Source of the DNA: Balanoglossus misakiensis
Taxonomy: Eukaryota; Animalia; Hemichordata
Assembly: GCA_040954595.2 (NCBI GenBank)
Contig: CM082592.2
Span: forward strand, 2,793,462-2,857,461
DNA length: 64,000 bases
Direction: 5' to 3'
A model generated the notes under the pieces. That model ran no database searches. It was not told the origin of the DNA and worked only from the letters and a program-made list of their open reading frames with translations. Both the position numbers and the translations under genes were made by a program. Below, in pieces: positions 1-14,255 of the stretch. Within the stretch, counting starts at the first letter, position 1; each line of letters starts with the position of its first letter.

Positions 1-2268
1 TCATGGGAAGTGACATTAAAGCTTACAGATAGATAACATTAGATGTTCCATTAACCATATAATCATGTCGCTGATCTAGCATGCAGAACTTTCCCTGCTT
101 GTACGGTGACCTCAATTTGCCACCGACGCTGAACTTCGAAATAAATAAATAAATAAACATTACACGCATGTATCCAGCCAGCCAACCGTCCAAAACCTGT
201 ATGCAGAAATCTCGCTATTTATTTTTATTACCAGAAAGGGACTTTCTCGCAAGTATTCTTGTGACAAAATACCAATGAATTCATGACACGGTGAAATACA
301 GGCTTACAGGGAAATCACAATTAACTGACATCGGCGCTTGTCACGTGACAGATTTCAAACCACAGTCAGTCTACACATATTGGAAACGGTTATCGAAGCA
401 ATGGAATATTTTGTCAGGGGAAAGGCCCCTGAACAAAGTTCTCTCTTGTCCGGACACTGAACAGTTGAAGAGTTGTGTCCAGAAAGTGGCAACGTGTCCA
501 CAAAGCAGAATTGATGTGTCCGGACTGGTGGCGCCCCATGAGGAGGAGGGACCATGATTTCATTTAGTGTCGTCTTCCTAACTTTTCTTCATTCGACAGA
601 GATAGATTTATTTAGTGATTGACATTAGTTGAATCTACATTTACAATGGGTTTACATATCAATGCATTAATGCTACTTTGCCCGGCAGAAGCTAATCGTT
701 TTCCTAGGCTTGTCAGATGGCTTATTGGCGAGCGGGGCTGACAAGGCAACTAGGACGGACTCTACTCAAAACCGGATCACTTTGTCGCCGACGGAAAGGT
801 GACGCCGCGCCGATAACAGCAATCCACCATGACCAGATTGGATCAGGGCCTAAAAACGTGTATCATATGAACACCTGCACAAGCAGTTGCTTCAAGGAGC
901 AGGCATAGACTGCACAGCGTCTTAATTCCCTTCAAGGAATTACACACAGAGCCACTTGATGTCTTCCACAATGAATCAAGAAAGTTATCACCAAATAAAG
1001 GTGTGGCTGTAATCCAATAGGAATGTTTTTTAACCTACAGTAAGCTTTAAAATGTGATAATTACAAAACTGTCCCAAGAGCAGTAAAACGCTTATAGGAA
1101 AGGTTGAAATCAGACGAGTGCAAGGTTTAAATATTAGATAAAACGAACAAGCGGTGACTAAAACACAAGAAAGACAGAAAAACAGGATGTTTCGGGCTCA
1201 ACCTTTACCCAGTTCGGCTTATAAAATCCATGATATGAACGGGGCCGGTGTTGTGGAAAATATGCGCTTATGTTAGGATGAAAGCCTATATCTATTACTA
1301 ATCGATCTTTATATTTTTGCAGGAAAAATAAGACGCGTTTAAATTAATTTACATATATCCTAGGTGAATATTTCATAGTGTTTACACATCACTTTTCAAT
1401 TTGGTGTTATAGTGCTGTCACACCATACAGCCTGACAACTCTTCAGCTTATGTGACGTCACAAACCGCCACAAAAAAAAAACATATGTTTCAACAAATTG
1501 TCGTGACGTCACTGACGAATTTGACACATCAACAAAGAAATGAAGTGCCTTACAAATCACAAAACTTCCGTCCAAATATTAAACGCAGACTAAAACATTT
1601 TAACATACACTTCACTCTGGGAAAATACATAAATAACATCCTCCACTGTCTATCGCCAAGGCGGCCACCAAGCTCGAGCTTCAAATAGAATGCATTATAC
1701 ACATATGACAATTTACATAACGCTTTCAGGAAATATCGCAAACGCCCACCCTGATCTCTTTTTAGCTTGTCTCGCAGTAAAATATGATGAAACGAGATCC
1801 TTGTAGTTATTCACCAAATCATTTACCTGGGAGGTATTCTGATACGACTGGGGCTTTTGTTCAGATAAGCGCTTTACTTGACGAGAGTATATTAATATAT
1901 TATATATTTCAGGGTTCCTTGCAGTATTTTGTTGGTATCTTGTGCCTTAGTTCTCCCAGGTGATATGCATGTAATATTGATATGCCAGCCTACACAATTT
2001 AGTAGCTGTCGCTTTGTCTGGACAAGACAGGCTTGGCGCCGCACTCTATCGTTGACACATTGCCTCGGATCGCCTTATGATTTTAAATCTGCAATAATCG
2101 CCTTCTTGTGTTATTCTCAATATACATAATCTTCGTGTTCGGAATGCGCTGCAAAGCATGTCTGATTCAGTCTTGCCCAACCAACCCTGAGATCCGCTAC
2201 ATTTCCCCAGTGACTTTCCCGCCAGGATTTACTGTCGAGGATTTTCTGTCATTTTGCTGAATGCGAAA

Positions 2269-2417
2269 ATACATACACATAAATACATACATACATACAT
2301 ACATACATACATACATACATACATACATACATACATACATACATACATACATACATACATACATACATACATACATACATACATACATACATACATACAT
2401 ACATACATACATACATA
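2269..2417. repeat. (TACA)n microsatellite
   Basis: More than 30 perfect units. It explains the ORFs at 2197-2452. Confidence 0.98.
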
Positions 2418-4048
2418 ACAAGATAGTATACATATTGGAGATATAAGTACATAATTTGTTACAATGTGGTTATGGCAATAATTTTAGAGCGAAGCAGTTT
2501 CAATGTATGGCGCCATAGTTGCTGATATGTTCAGCTATAATCGTTCAGCAAGTCAGGTTAGGTTCAGTTTGAAATTTAAAACGTTGTTGATAATTTCTTG
2601 TTGACCGTTGAGACAAGATTGAAATGACCGTTCCTACTGTGTGAGCAACAATGCATGTATCCTGGAATGGTGACCATTCTCTTATGTGTACGTGTCCGAC
2701 CAACGGGCGTGGAGGTCAAGTTCTTTATTTAGGAGTTCCACGAAGCCATGTATTTGGCCTACACATTGAAATAATCGCGTCATCGCCAGTGCACGGGTCC
2801 TCACAGGTGCACGGGCATTATCTGATCAACTTATCAGGATTTGACCAGAGACATTTTCGCCGCAGAAACCCATCAGCTGAATAACCCGGTTTATCCGGAA
2901 GACTCGAAATCATTTGTGGTCAGCCAAATGCCTTCATCATGTTCATTACACTTCGCATCATCATGACTAATTCTTGCACATTCCCCATTTAGCTCAACTC
3001 CAGTATAATTTACTCAACAAATTCTCCGAAGACAAAAATGTATCACAAATGCTGCTTATTCTGTATTTGAGGAAGATATGATGGACAACAGACATTCCAC
3101 AATATGAACCGTACATACAAATAGTTTCCTTTGAATCAAATTCAGTACGGCTCACATTTCATATCCATGCCTCTATTATGTATTGAACATGTTCAGATTC
3201 GCCCAACAAAAAGGGGAAAATGGTAATAAGACCAGTTGATCCCAGAACAATATTTTGTTATATGGTGATTGTGTATGTGATATCACAACCGTTGACATTG
3301 AACACAGTTTTGCTATTCATCACCAGCCGACAATAGATGAGTTTACGCACTTTGCGAGATCTCGCCAAACTCGGTAAATTACCGTAGCAACGGGTTGCTA
3401 GCCAAGTGAAGCCTTCTATGAAACTAAAATAGGTGCAGAATTTAATAAATTTAACTTTTGTGCCATTTGTTTTTTCCGTGTCACATGAGAATGGGCTACC
3501 ATATAAATTGCCTAGTCTCGCGAGATCTCGCAGGGCCTCGTGGAGTTCAGAAAACTGTCTATTACGACGAGACACGAGAGTAGCACACAATTATTTCACG
3601 AAACCACGGTTAGTCTGGCCATTTCTCGAACAAGTATATATTTCGCAGAAAGAAAATATATAATGGCTTAGACATATATATCTTTTGAGCAATACTAATT
3701 GACGGAATGAGAACACTGTTGAATTTAAAGAATACTTGGCCGGTAATTTATCTATCGTATTTTGATTCCAATACATTGTCCATGCAAGGCTATAGAATAT
3801 GACAAGGAAAGTTTTCTCAAATTTATTCACCAAAATATCGATCGCTATTTTAACGTGAATTCATAAGCAATGGTTGTAAGATAATAATAGTCTCATTCAA
3901 AGCATTTTCTTCTCAAAGAGTTTTCCATCAATCAGCAAAAATCGAAATTGACGCCTGAAAGGCATTTCATTCAGTCTTACGTTGCCATAGTAATTTTAAT
4001 AAATAATACTGAATTATAAACAACTATAGAGTCGATGCAGCATTATGT

Positions 4049-4114
4049 AAAACTACGAGATATTGTTCAGAAAAAAAAATAAACTATGAGATATTGTTCA
4101 GAAAAAAAACTATG
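4049..4114. repeat. ~32-bp tandem duplication
   Basis: AAACTAYGAGATATTGTTCAGAAAAAAAA occurs twice. Confidence 0.85.
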
Positions 4115-6915
4115 ATAAAATTAACCTTCTTTTGTTTCTTTACTATGATCATGATCTGAGACGAAGGTCGGTTTGAAAACATTCAATAGTATGTGGCCAT
4201 GTGGCCGTGTTTATAAATAAAAATACCGTTGAATAGTTTTCCTGGAAAAACACCGCTGAATGCTGAAAACAATGATTTATTCTATTGATCACTTGCACAT
4301 CAAAGAAAACCATATGGGCCTTGTTTTGCAGAACATGAGGATCAGTAACAAATGCTTCTCCGTCGGAGCCGAAAATGAGGGTGGCTCAGGGCCACGACAA
4401 ATCCAAAATAAGGCCACCCAGATCCACCCTTGAGCTTCGATTTTTACTAAACCACTTAATTGCTGACCTTAACCTCCTCCTTTTTCCAATACTCCCCATT
4501 TCAGCCCATCCTTCGAAGGAAAGTTTCATAAATGAAACATTTGGAGACTAAAAGCTGACTCTTGCATGATTGTGAAAAGGGAACCGGCGCCAGGCAGGTG
4601 AGGCTAATTTGACTGCAAGTTAATGCGCCCAACATGATGGTAAATTTCAGGGATCGAAGAATTTCCAATGACTTATCCAAACCATCAGTATTGAAACAAA
4701 AGTAGTGATGCTGGCGTGTCTCTTGACGTGTCTCCTTAAACGAACACAAACACAAAGTTGTTACTAAAACGTGCAATGTCTTCACTTCAAAAGTCTTTCA
4801 AGTCTTTACTTGTTAAGTTATTTTCGCCAATGTGAAATTCCTCCGAATAAGAAACTAAAACAATTCCACATACCACAATGACTTAATGAGTCGCCATTTT
4901 GAATTTTGTGAATTCAAAATTACTATTGGGATGATGGCCCAAGTCGCCATTTTGGAATTTATTTTTTAGGTAATGGGTAGAGTATGGATATTTGCTATGT
5001 ATGGCAAAATTGATCACGAAAAACTCCGAAAAGTATAAATGAAAGGAAATAAGTGAATGTTGAACTATTAAAATGTCTCCGTCAAATTAGTGCATAGGTG
5101 ACAGTCCTTTGCCGTATATCCTGTCCGGGCCACCAGTCTCATCTTTGAAAATTTCAATCAAATACTTTTGCGTTGTGACGCCGCTCAAATGCCGTATAAA
5201 ATATTGTTGCCATTACTTCGGGTCAGGAGTCAAGATGGGTCATTTTTCATCGATTTTCTCTTCGAATCGCATTAACATGCTCTCTGATGATGTTTCATTA
5301 TGGGATATAAAAGATGATTTTTATGATAATCTTCACCCCTTATGTAGTTGCTTGATGCGGAAGATCCTATTCGGCGCCTTGCAGGACGGGCGAACTAAGT
5401 GAAGGAGGTGAACGCATCTATCCAATGAATAGTGTAATCAACAGTGGCACTGACCTTAGCTGTATGATAGTATCTCGACAAATCCCCAAATGTCTGATGT
5501 CTGATCCTAAAACATCAAAATTCTTTCACGGAATTGATGATCTCCGGGACATCTTAATCCCCGAGAGAAAACGACATTCATAATCGAGATATATACCAGT
5601 AAATTCTCTTCGCTTTTCGGATTATACAGATAAGAATACAGACAAGTATGGCAGAAGTTGTTTCCATGGTAATTATTCATACTGGGCTTTCCTACTGTTC
5701 TGCTGACGCCAGCGTAGAGAGATAGAGAATTAAGTATTAACAGCAGACGACACACTCCAAATGTTACTTTTGAGCTGCCAACAACGGAGACAGATGTCTT
5801 TTGAAGGGCGAGCCTGTCTCTGAAATTTGAAGTGTGAGATTTTTCCACAATTGGATGGGTGGTAATTTTGAGATGAGCACAATCACTCAGCACAGCTCGT
5901 TGATTAGAATTACTCAGATTCGCAGCTAGTGCCCATATTAATTATGAGTAAAAGGCCTTCATTGCACACTGAAGGAACAGGGATGTTGGCAGCTCAAGCT
6001 CTAGCAAGTATATTGGTCAACTTTTGACAAGCGCTGTTTTTAATGATTTTTGTAAAGTCTAGCCGCTGTACTTTTGATTTGTATGCCCACGAAATCTGAA
6101 GAAACATTATGCTTTTAAAAAGTCGCCAACCCTCGACATCATTTTAGATCAGTTTTGTTTATTTTGCTTGTTTCGTTTTGTTGATTCTTTGTTATCTGCT
6201 CAATCACGTCGGCTGTATGTTACAGTCCGTCTCTCACTTTGCACATGAGCAGGCGCATACTTGAAAGATTTCTCAACAGTACGAAACACACCTGGACATT
6301 TCTCTTGCATTAGACCCTACTGCCATCCTGTCCTGTGATGCAACGTGTACACAATATAGGTCCCACCCTTTCAGGATTCGTAGTTCTGTGCCAACTATCG
6401 GAAGTCCCAAACTCCCAGACGTAGAGGAAATATAGGTGGTGAACAGGACACAGTCATTACATATACATTTGTCACGTGATATGCATTTCATTGACGTTGG
6501 AAATCAGTTTTACCTCATTTTGCAAAAACAAGGCTGCGTGATTTCAGGCTGAAATTCCTGCAGTTACAGGTAACAAACTTATTCCTCGCATGTGCCTTTA
6601 TGATTATTCAAACATCCATAAACACCGGTCGTTTTCGTGGTGTCAGAGTTGTGAAATGTGGTGGCACATAACATTTTCTCCTTAAACATTTTTTCCCCAT
6701 AAAATGACAGAAGAGAGAAAATGGCAAGGGTTTTTAGAAGAAAACACAATGCTAAACTTATAGTTGAGTAGTCATTTTCGAGCGAGTCAACATGAGGCCA
6801 CCAGGTTTAATGACCAGAATCATGGAATATGGAATATGGACCTGAACAAATTAACCCCAACCAACCGCTCTTTTTCAAGTAAAATAAAAAACCTTTGATT
6901 AAACCATTCCACATA

Positions 6916-7286
6916 CAGGGTGGCTCAAAGAGTTTTGCTGTCCGTGTACATGCGAGCTGGGTCAAACCATTCAATACACAGGGTAAGGCACGAACCTTTG
7001 TACTGAGGGACTCTCCCTTTCATAAATTTTGAGTCTGTTACCTTTTTGATGCAACGGAACTACGATACAGTACATTGAAAATACAAACAACAATATGAAA
7101 ACTACCTCGAAACCATTTTCATCGCGAACCAATTGCACAATCATGCACAAGTCTGTCAAAGGGCAAACACTGAATCAAATTCGATCCTTGTTTTCCGAGG
7201 AAATGACACGAGAATTGAAAAAAAATTGAAAGAAGCTGGAGACCATATTGGATCGGATCTCCAAAAATATTGATGGGCACCCCCTG
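6916..7286. mobile_element. Possible Tc1/mariner-like MITE
   Basis: TA-CAGGGTGGCTCA ... TGGGCACCCCCTG-TA. Short imperfect TIR with TA flanks. Confidence 0.45.
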
Positions 7287-10200
7287 TATACCACATAACT
7301 CTGCCTTTATGCTGTAAGATCGGTCATTTGTGAACTTTGACTTGAACCCGACAAAAATGCATTCTAGGAACCGATACGACCAGTGCGCGCGACAGTAATA
7401 TCACATAGTGGCAAGTTCAAACAAAACTAGCACGATGGATGGACAGGTTTGGATAAGATCCATTATAGAGACAGTACACATTAAAACACGTTTTGGTTTG
7501 TTAGGATACAACGGAGCTATTTTGAGCTGCCTACGTTATAGTAACTAATCGCTACTAAACTTGATCAAACATCATTTTTGCATTAACACTGACGGTGTAG
7601 GCGTGACTCTGCAATCAACTCCTTGGCTACCGTTTTTTGTGACATGGATAGATTGGAATCTCCACAAAGCAGGCCGACATCTTCATTTGGCAGCTCATTA
7701 ATTCACCGCAACTGAAGTAGCTCTCAAATTAATATCGCTACCAGGAACTGGGCCACAATTAATGCTCAACGCATATTCGTCGCTGAGGCCATGTACAGAT
7801 TTGCAATCACGTCACGGTATTAACGATCGGCTACATGAAACAGAGGTACTATATAGCTGGTAGACATAGATTATAATCCTTTTCAACAGGTATGGAACTG
7901 ATAAATTAGTCCAACTGGGATTATGTGTTCAGTGTGTGTACACGTACGTGCGTGTATTAATAAATATTATAAACATAACAAATATCATTTTATGTGTGGT
8001 TAAGTGGACAGTACATATTAAGTTCACGTCATTACTGGTCCCGTAAAAATAGCAAATGAGACGACTGATCTCTTTTGAGATGTATGAATTAACAAGTGAC
8101 AAGTGTTACCGTACAAACGATGGACATACAAAATATTGTTTTCCGACTTTGGTAGACTTACTTCTAATCATGGCCTGTAACTCTAACAGACTTACTGTAA
8201 TGCAAATTTGGCGAATATTTATGTTCTAATGTTTATCTTTCTTAAGGCTAAAAAAGTACACGTCTAAACGCATTTAAATAGCTGTTTACTGGTAAATTGA
8301 CATTTTGTACATTTTACTTGATTCCAGATAATTCCAGCAGGTTAACTGAATCTCAGTTAAACACAGCTGTCCATTATAACTTGTACACACGACGGACATT
8401 TTACCAAGTCTCCAAGTATATATATTTCAAGAAATGTTTAATCTAATATGTATTGGAATTCAATGGAAGACCACGTATAATTATACAATATATGTGAATA
8501 AATAGTAGGGACGAACATGATAAATAGAGCGGTAAAGGTATGTTCTTGTGCGTCATCTCGCGGGTCTGTTCAGTTTGACTACAGAACTATTAGGGAAGAT
8601 CAGAGGTCGAGAATTGGGGGCTAAAACACACCAGAGGGTGACAAGGGGAGCAAGAAAATATAGTGGTGTAGTCTGCCAAATTAAGTGGTTGAAATATTGA
8701 GTTTGGAAAAGGGATATAATGAACCCGTGACGAGTTGGAGTTTGTTTTGTTTCCAGGTGCGAGAATGGACGCCTAGAGAAATTTGATGAAAAGTAACGGA
8801 CGCAGTGTGAAGCCTTTGTTCCCCGGTTGAGTCATGCCGAATAGAACAGCTCTTTGAAATACCGTATACGAGACGTGATTTCTCCATTAACAGGTATTGA
8901 GAAAGACGTTACTTTTTAGACAAGCTGACAGAGAGCCATGGGGTGACTGAGAGAAAAGGCAAAAGATGGAAAGGTTCAATAAACCGACAATGGTATAATG
9001 AAAATGCCGAATCCAAACATGCAATTCAGTGAGTTGGCCTACGCCTAGTCCTGCCGGAATAAAATACCAACAACCCCAATATTTATGAACATTCCTGCCT
9101 AAGTTGGCTCTTGATATTATCGACATTTCTGAATTAACATGGCTGACATTATCCACAAATATCCCATATTTGGCGATAGTTTAATATCATTGCTTCAGTT
9201 AACCTTGCCAACGTTACGAGCAAGACATCACATAGGGGCCTACGAGGGGCCTACGATCGACACGAGAAAGCGCGATAGTTCTGATGAAAACAAACAAACA
9301 AACAAACAAACACAGACGAAAACAACCTCGCTTTTCGTTATCTGCTCTTACTCTATACATTCGCCTGTTAATTAACAAAATTGGCTATAATTCTGATTTT
9401 ATGTGAATGATCCAATCGGCGTTGCTGTCATGTCTTTCATATATACACTGCGGCTTAGGTGGACTTATGTCCAGGTTTTAATGCAATGAATGGTTAAGCG
9501 CAACCAGACTTTGCATTGTGAATTGAACTGCATGAATATCATTCGTGAGGTTAAACATTTATCGACGAACTGATTGCGCATATGCAGAAAAATGCAACAC
9601 TCAATTAACTGATGACAACATTTGTCATTAATAACATTGCTTCGAATGGTCTGTGCTATCATGGTATTATCGTTCTTAGTTTTAGAGATCCCTTAACATA
9701 CTACCACATTCACTCTAACTGAAAAAAGGGGATATAAAATAAGTGTAAATTGGGTTCTATGTTCAAATGACAATGTACACGTAATAGCTGAAATTCAAAC
9801 CAACCAATCACAGTGTTGACTGAGCGGCCATTTTCAACTTCGATGACCATGGTGTTTGATCGCATGAAATACTGACGCTAAAAGGCTAAACCGTATCAAT
9901 AAAAACGTATTCTACGATGTGCAAAGGTTTGGTACGAAGAAAAACTGGCAATGCTTTTGAATGTCACCTTCAGCCTAGTCATTCCAATTCTACGCCTCCA
10001 AAGCTGTTCAATGAAAATGTTCACACTTAATTCTACCAAGATCTGAAATAGTTGTACTGATCAAATGGACCATATCATATACGAAACCCTGAGAATCACC
10101 CGGTAAACGAAGCCATGTGACATGTAATTAGTAATGAATAAAAGAGTGAAACTATCGACAATCAAAATGATTCTAACCTGCCGCTAACAAACGAACGACT

Positions 10201-13200
10201 TCTTCGGTAGAGTGGTATAACATGTTGGAAAAAAGATCAGTTTAATTGCCATCGTCTGGAGTAGCTTTCTAGCGTGCTAGTCTTATTCCTTCACTAATTT
10301 CCTTCTTTGTACAAGCTGATAAGTAAATGCACGGAGAAAATCTCCTGGGTCTCTGAGTTATTACTGGATTTTATTTATTTTGTGACTTTTGTATCAAAAG
10401 GTTATCCCGAGTGAGCGTGTCAAGTATTCATGTTTGGGTTCTTTTCACCTGAGCTTCAATCAAAACATTAACAGAAAGACCGTTGCTACATTTTTCTGTG
10501 GTCATAGGAATGGAACTCATCTAGTTTTTCACTACAATTACACGGATAGTATTGCAACGGAGTGTGACAGTTTGAAGTCACACACTCTCTTTAGTGGCGC
10601 GCAGGGTCAAGCCACCACGTGACCTCAAAGTCAAACTATTTGAATTGCTTTGCGTGTGAGGAAGCCTGCACCCTCCTTGTAATTACATATACAGTTCATC
10701 AAAAGCAATTATTTTCAACTGAAATATCAATACAACGGCAACCCCTTGAATATGAATAATGTTTGTTGAGCAGCGAGTAATGACATCATAATAAGCCCAA
10801 TTTGAATGCGAAAATCCGAAACTACACTAAAGTACAAAATGACGAGCCAGGTATTAAAATGCGGGTAGACTCACGGAGTGCAAATGGTGTGTTTATCAGC
10901 CATTTGTCCTCTCAATGTTTACGGAGACAGCCATTATAGAATTTCAAATATAGTAGCATGTATTGAAATTAACAGGATTTCTGCCTAATTTCCAGTACAA
11001 TATCCTCCCATTCATGTTCAATATATGGCCTGGAGTCAAATATGTGAGTTTTGGGTCTTGTGCAGAAGGAAGACGCCGAGGAGCTTGCCGAAGAAGCCAT
11101 AAATGTCGGTAAAATTGATTAAATTGGCGTCTCGTGATAAGCATTGTCACCTTGATATTTGCATACGTACTCTCGACGTTACCGTCAGGATGTTTTGGCG
11201 CGAATCGGAGTTTTTGCCCGCCAAGACGACGCTACACATGTCTATCTTGTTCGCTGCGTCTATTCTTAACCAATTTTCTTTCTGAGAGCACATTAGCGAT
11301 GACAACATTGGATAGCCATCAACAATTATTTTACAATGTAGAAGTGTTTCATTATCTATGACAGACTTAAAGAGCTGAAACAATTGTGTCTTTGTGTGTA
11401 GTTAGCCTTGGCGCCAATGCTGCGTTTGATCTCGCCGAATCTTACCTGAATTAAGTCGTTTTGAAGAACAGTGCAAGAAAACAACGCAACGGAAAGTAAG
11501 GCCCTCAACGTCGTCTCTTAAATCATAAGAAATGGTTCAGCTCCATCCTTCCGTATTGTCTACATCCACATTTTTTTCAATTCTCACATCAATCTGCGAC
11601 AGAAAAAAAAAACCATAACGGCATTAGACGCTACAGAAACTTTTCTAACATTGTCGTAAATTTGGCAACGCTATGATGTGTGTGACGTTCATGCATGACT
11701 ACAACGCTGCAAGACAGCAAACGCTTCAAGCTTATAGAAAATGTTTGGACTGGTGCACTTAAAGTTCAGACCGGGTCTGTACATACTTCTGAAAAATTAA
11801 TCCGGTGAATATGAGTAATTGGTGCACCTGTCACTAAGTATCCGCTAAGTAAAATGGCGAGATTAAGATACAGTCAGAGAGTCAATCGCATCTCAAGTTC
11901 GCCATGGAGCAAGCGATGCAATTGCGTCCCATAGTTAAGTGCCGCCATATTGTCTCGGCAAAGAAAATTGCCCTACAAGACGCACTGCCGTCAGAGCTTG
12001 GCTAACAATTATAGTGGGTATTAAGTGACAAGTCATTTGTGATATCGACTGAAAAAAATATGAATGGGTAAAAGACAAGGACTGTTGTCCCCAAAGCCTG
12101 TCTGTTCTTTGTGACTCATCCGAGCCATCAAATATGTACTCTGAAGGTTGTAGCAGAAGTTTTAAGACAATACTAAAAGTAGCAGGTCTTAGGAGCAAGG
12201 AAGGCATAAAGGGTCATTCAACTTCAATTAGTGTTTGATGTATCATGTGATGAACTTGGACCCATAAACTGCAGCAGCTTTGCACGGAGCAACGCACCGC
12301 CATTAATTAGTGACATCTTAAAAGCTTCTATTTTTATTACTTAAATATAGGGAAGCGTCGTTAAATATATTGGATGAGACAATTCCAACGTCGTAATTTC
12401 AACAGTAAACTAGCTGGCAATTTGCTTTATCTCTCCACAATAGCTTGTAACAATAAAGATTTTGTCGCGGACAACTGTCTTTCCAAGAAACGAGATAATC
12501 GCGCGAAATAATTTGGGGTTCATTAATGAAACTATAGATTAATTAGAGCGGGGATTTGAACACTCTACGAGAATCTGGCCATAACTGTGGCCAGTAGCCT
12601 TGACATATTGGTTGACAGGGTATGGATTTAGCCGTGTTTAATGTATGTGCTTGCAGCTGCAGACGTGACCTCAACAAAACTACGGCCATGGCATTGACAT
12701 AGCTATGGATGTTCCAAAATAAAAAAATGATGGGACGTAGAAGCATCCCGCGAATAAATGTTAAAGCTCTAATTTTATTTAAATGTTATTTCCAAAAATT
12801 TTATTCGCCAAATGAATCAATATTGGCTAACGAACTCATCGATTATTGCCAATCGATGATGTCCATTACAAACTTGGCAATATGTAACCAGAATCGTTGT
12901 TGATCGGTCTGTGGCTACCGAGAGTATTTTCAGTGGACGGTTGGTAAAACGCGTAATTTAAACAAAATCGGCAAATTTATTCGTAAATAAGAGCCAGAAA
13001 ACAAGCAATTATAGGTAGCACTGAATACTGCGCCTTAATTGAAAAGGTCAGGAGAGCAATCAACGCACCAATCAACTTCCTCCTTTATTGCATAGTTCGA
13101 CATCAGAAAAGGAAGCGACGCTTTCTGCCAATATTAAAGGAAATCCATACTATACTTGCACACCACCGTCAATGAAACGAAAATATTGCAAATGAAAAAT

Positions 13201-13607
13201 TAATGTGCTTTTAGCAAGAAGAATGCTCCCGTTACCACGGGTATACAATAGACTCCATCTTTTAAATAGACAGGGTGTGATTTGTGAAGATAAAGTAATT
13301 ATCCATATGTTGGAAGAGTTGCGATTTTGAATCACATATGTAATAATACGGATACTCATTAAGCCGTGATTGAAGCATATAATAGGGCTTTGATGAGCTG
13401 ATGGTTGTCTGTAACGACAAAACTGTAGAGAGTTCACGCCTTCCTTCAGTTTTCGCCACAATCCGTGGTTCATATGAGACTGCCTTGATAGTTTGAATCT
13501 CAATTTGAGATGTTCTTCCACAGTCGGTCTTTCATACCAGAACACCGTGATAAATTCTGTCATTTAAGTAGTTTTAGAGTAATGAGATATTATCCTTCCA
13601 CAATGAC

Positions 13608-13806
13608 AATGAAATATTTCGAATTATTACGCGAAATTTAAACTGAACTCAAACTGGATGACGAAGTATGGGGAGGACATACTTTGAATTTGACGCCAGC
13701 ATTTGAAAATGAAACATTTCGAATTATTACGCGAAATTTAAACTGAACTCAAACTGGATGACGAAGTATGGAGGGGCGTAGTTCGAATTTGACGCCAGCA
13801 TTTGAA
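13608..13806. repeat. Tandem duplication, period 100 bp, two copies
   Basis: GAATTATTACGCGAAATTTAAACTGAACTCAAACTGGATGACGAAGTATGG at 13621 and 13721. Confidence 0.95.
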
Positions 13807-14183
13807 GGTCTTTGGTGACGTGACCTGACGAGGTTTGTTTAGCCTTGTGCATATTTATACATCGACAGTGAAATAGCGACATTCACGCGGAAAAGAGTGT
13901 CGGTTAAAGAAATGTAACAACTCGATAAGCTTCGATTCGCTATCAAATTTTATGGAGCTTTAGTCGCTTTATATTTATTTGCTTACTTTACAACTACGTC
14001 AGCTAAATCGGAATTGCCTGCATTGTTACTTTCTGCCTTTGATGTCGTTCCGAACACATTGTCCAACTATATCGTCATACGCGCACTCACGGAGTTTGTT
14101 TGTTCAGCCACGTGTCGTACGCCAACCAATCTTGCATGAATACAGGATGCGTATTAAACACATTTTCGTATTTAAATATAAAG

Positions 14184-14255
<72 letters not shown>
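14184..14255. repeat. (CAT)n microsatellite
   Basis: About 24 units. It explains the poly-I, poly-S and poly-M ORFs. Confidence 0.98.

Noticed and set aside
291-557. 88-aa + strand ORF at the window start
   Set aside because: GTG start and no recognisable homology; it cannot be evaluated without upstream sequence.
2197-2452. ORFs with CMYV/HTYI repeats
   Set aside because: They are translations of the (TACA)n microsatellite.
13150-13563. 137-aa - strand ORF
   Set aside because: No recognisable domain or supporting exon structure; the length is attainable by chance.
13608-13806. Repeats considered as a CRISPR-like array
   Set aside because: A simple two-copy tandem duplication with no spacers, in eukaryotic DNA with no cas genes.
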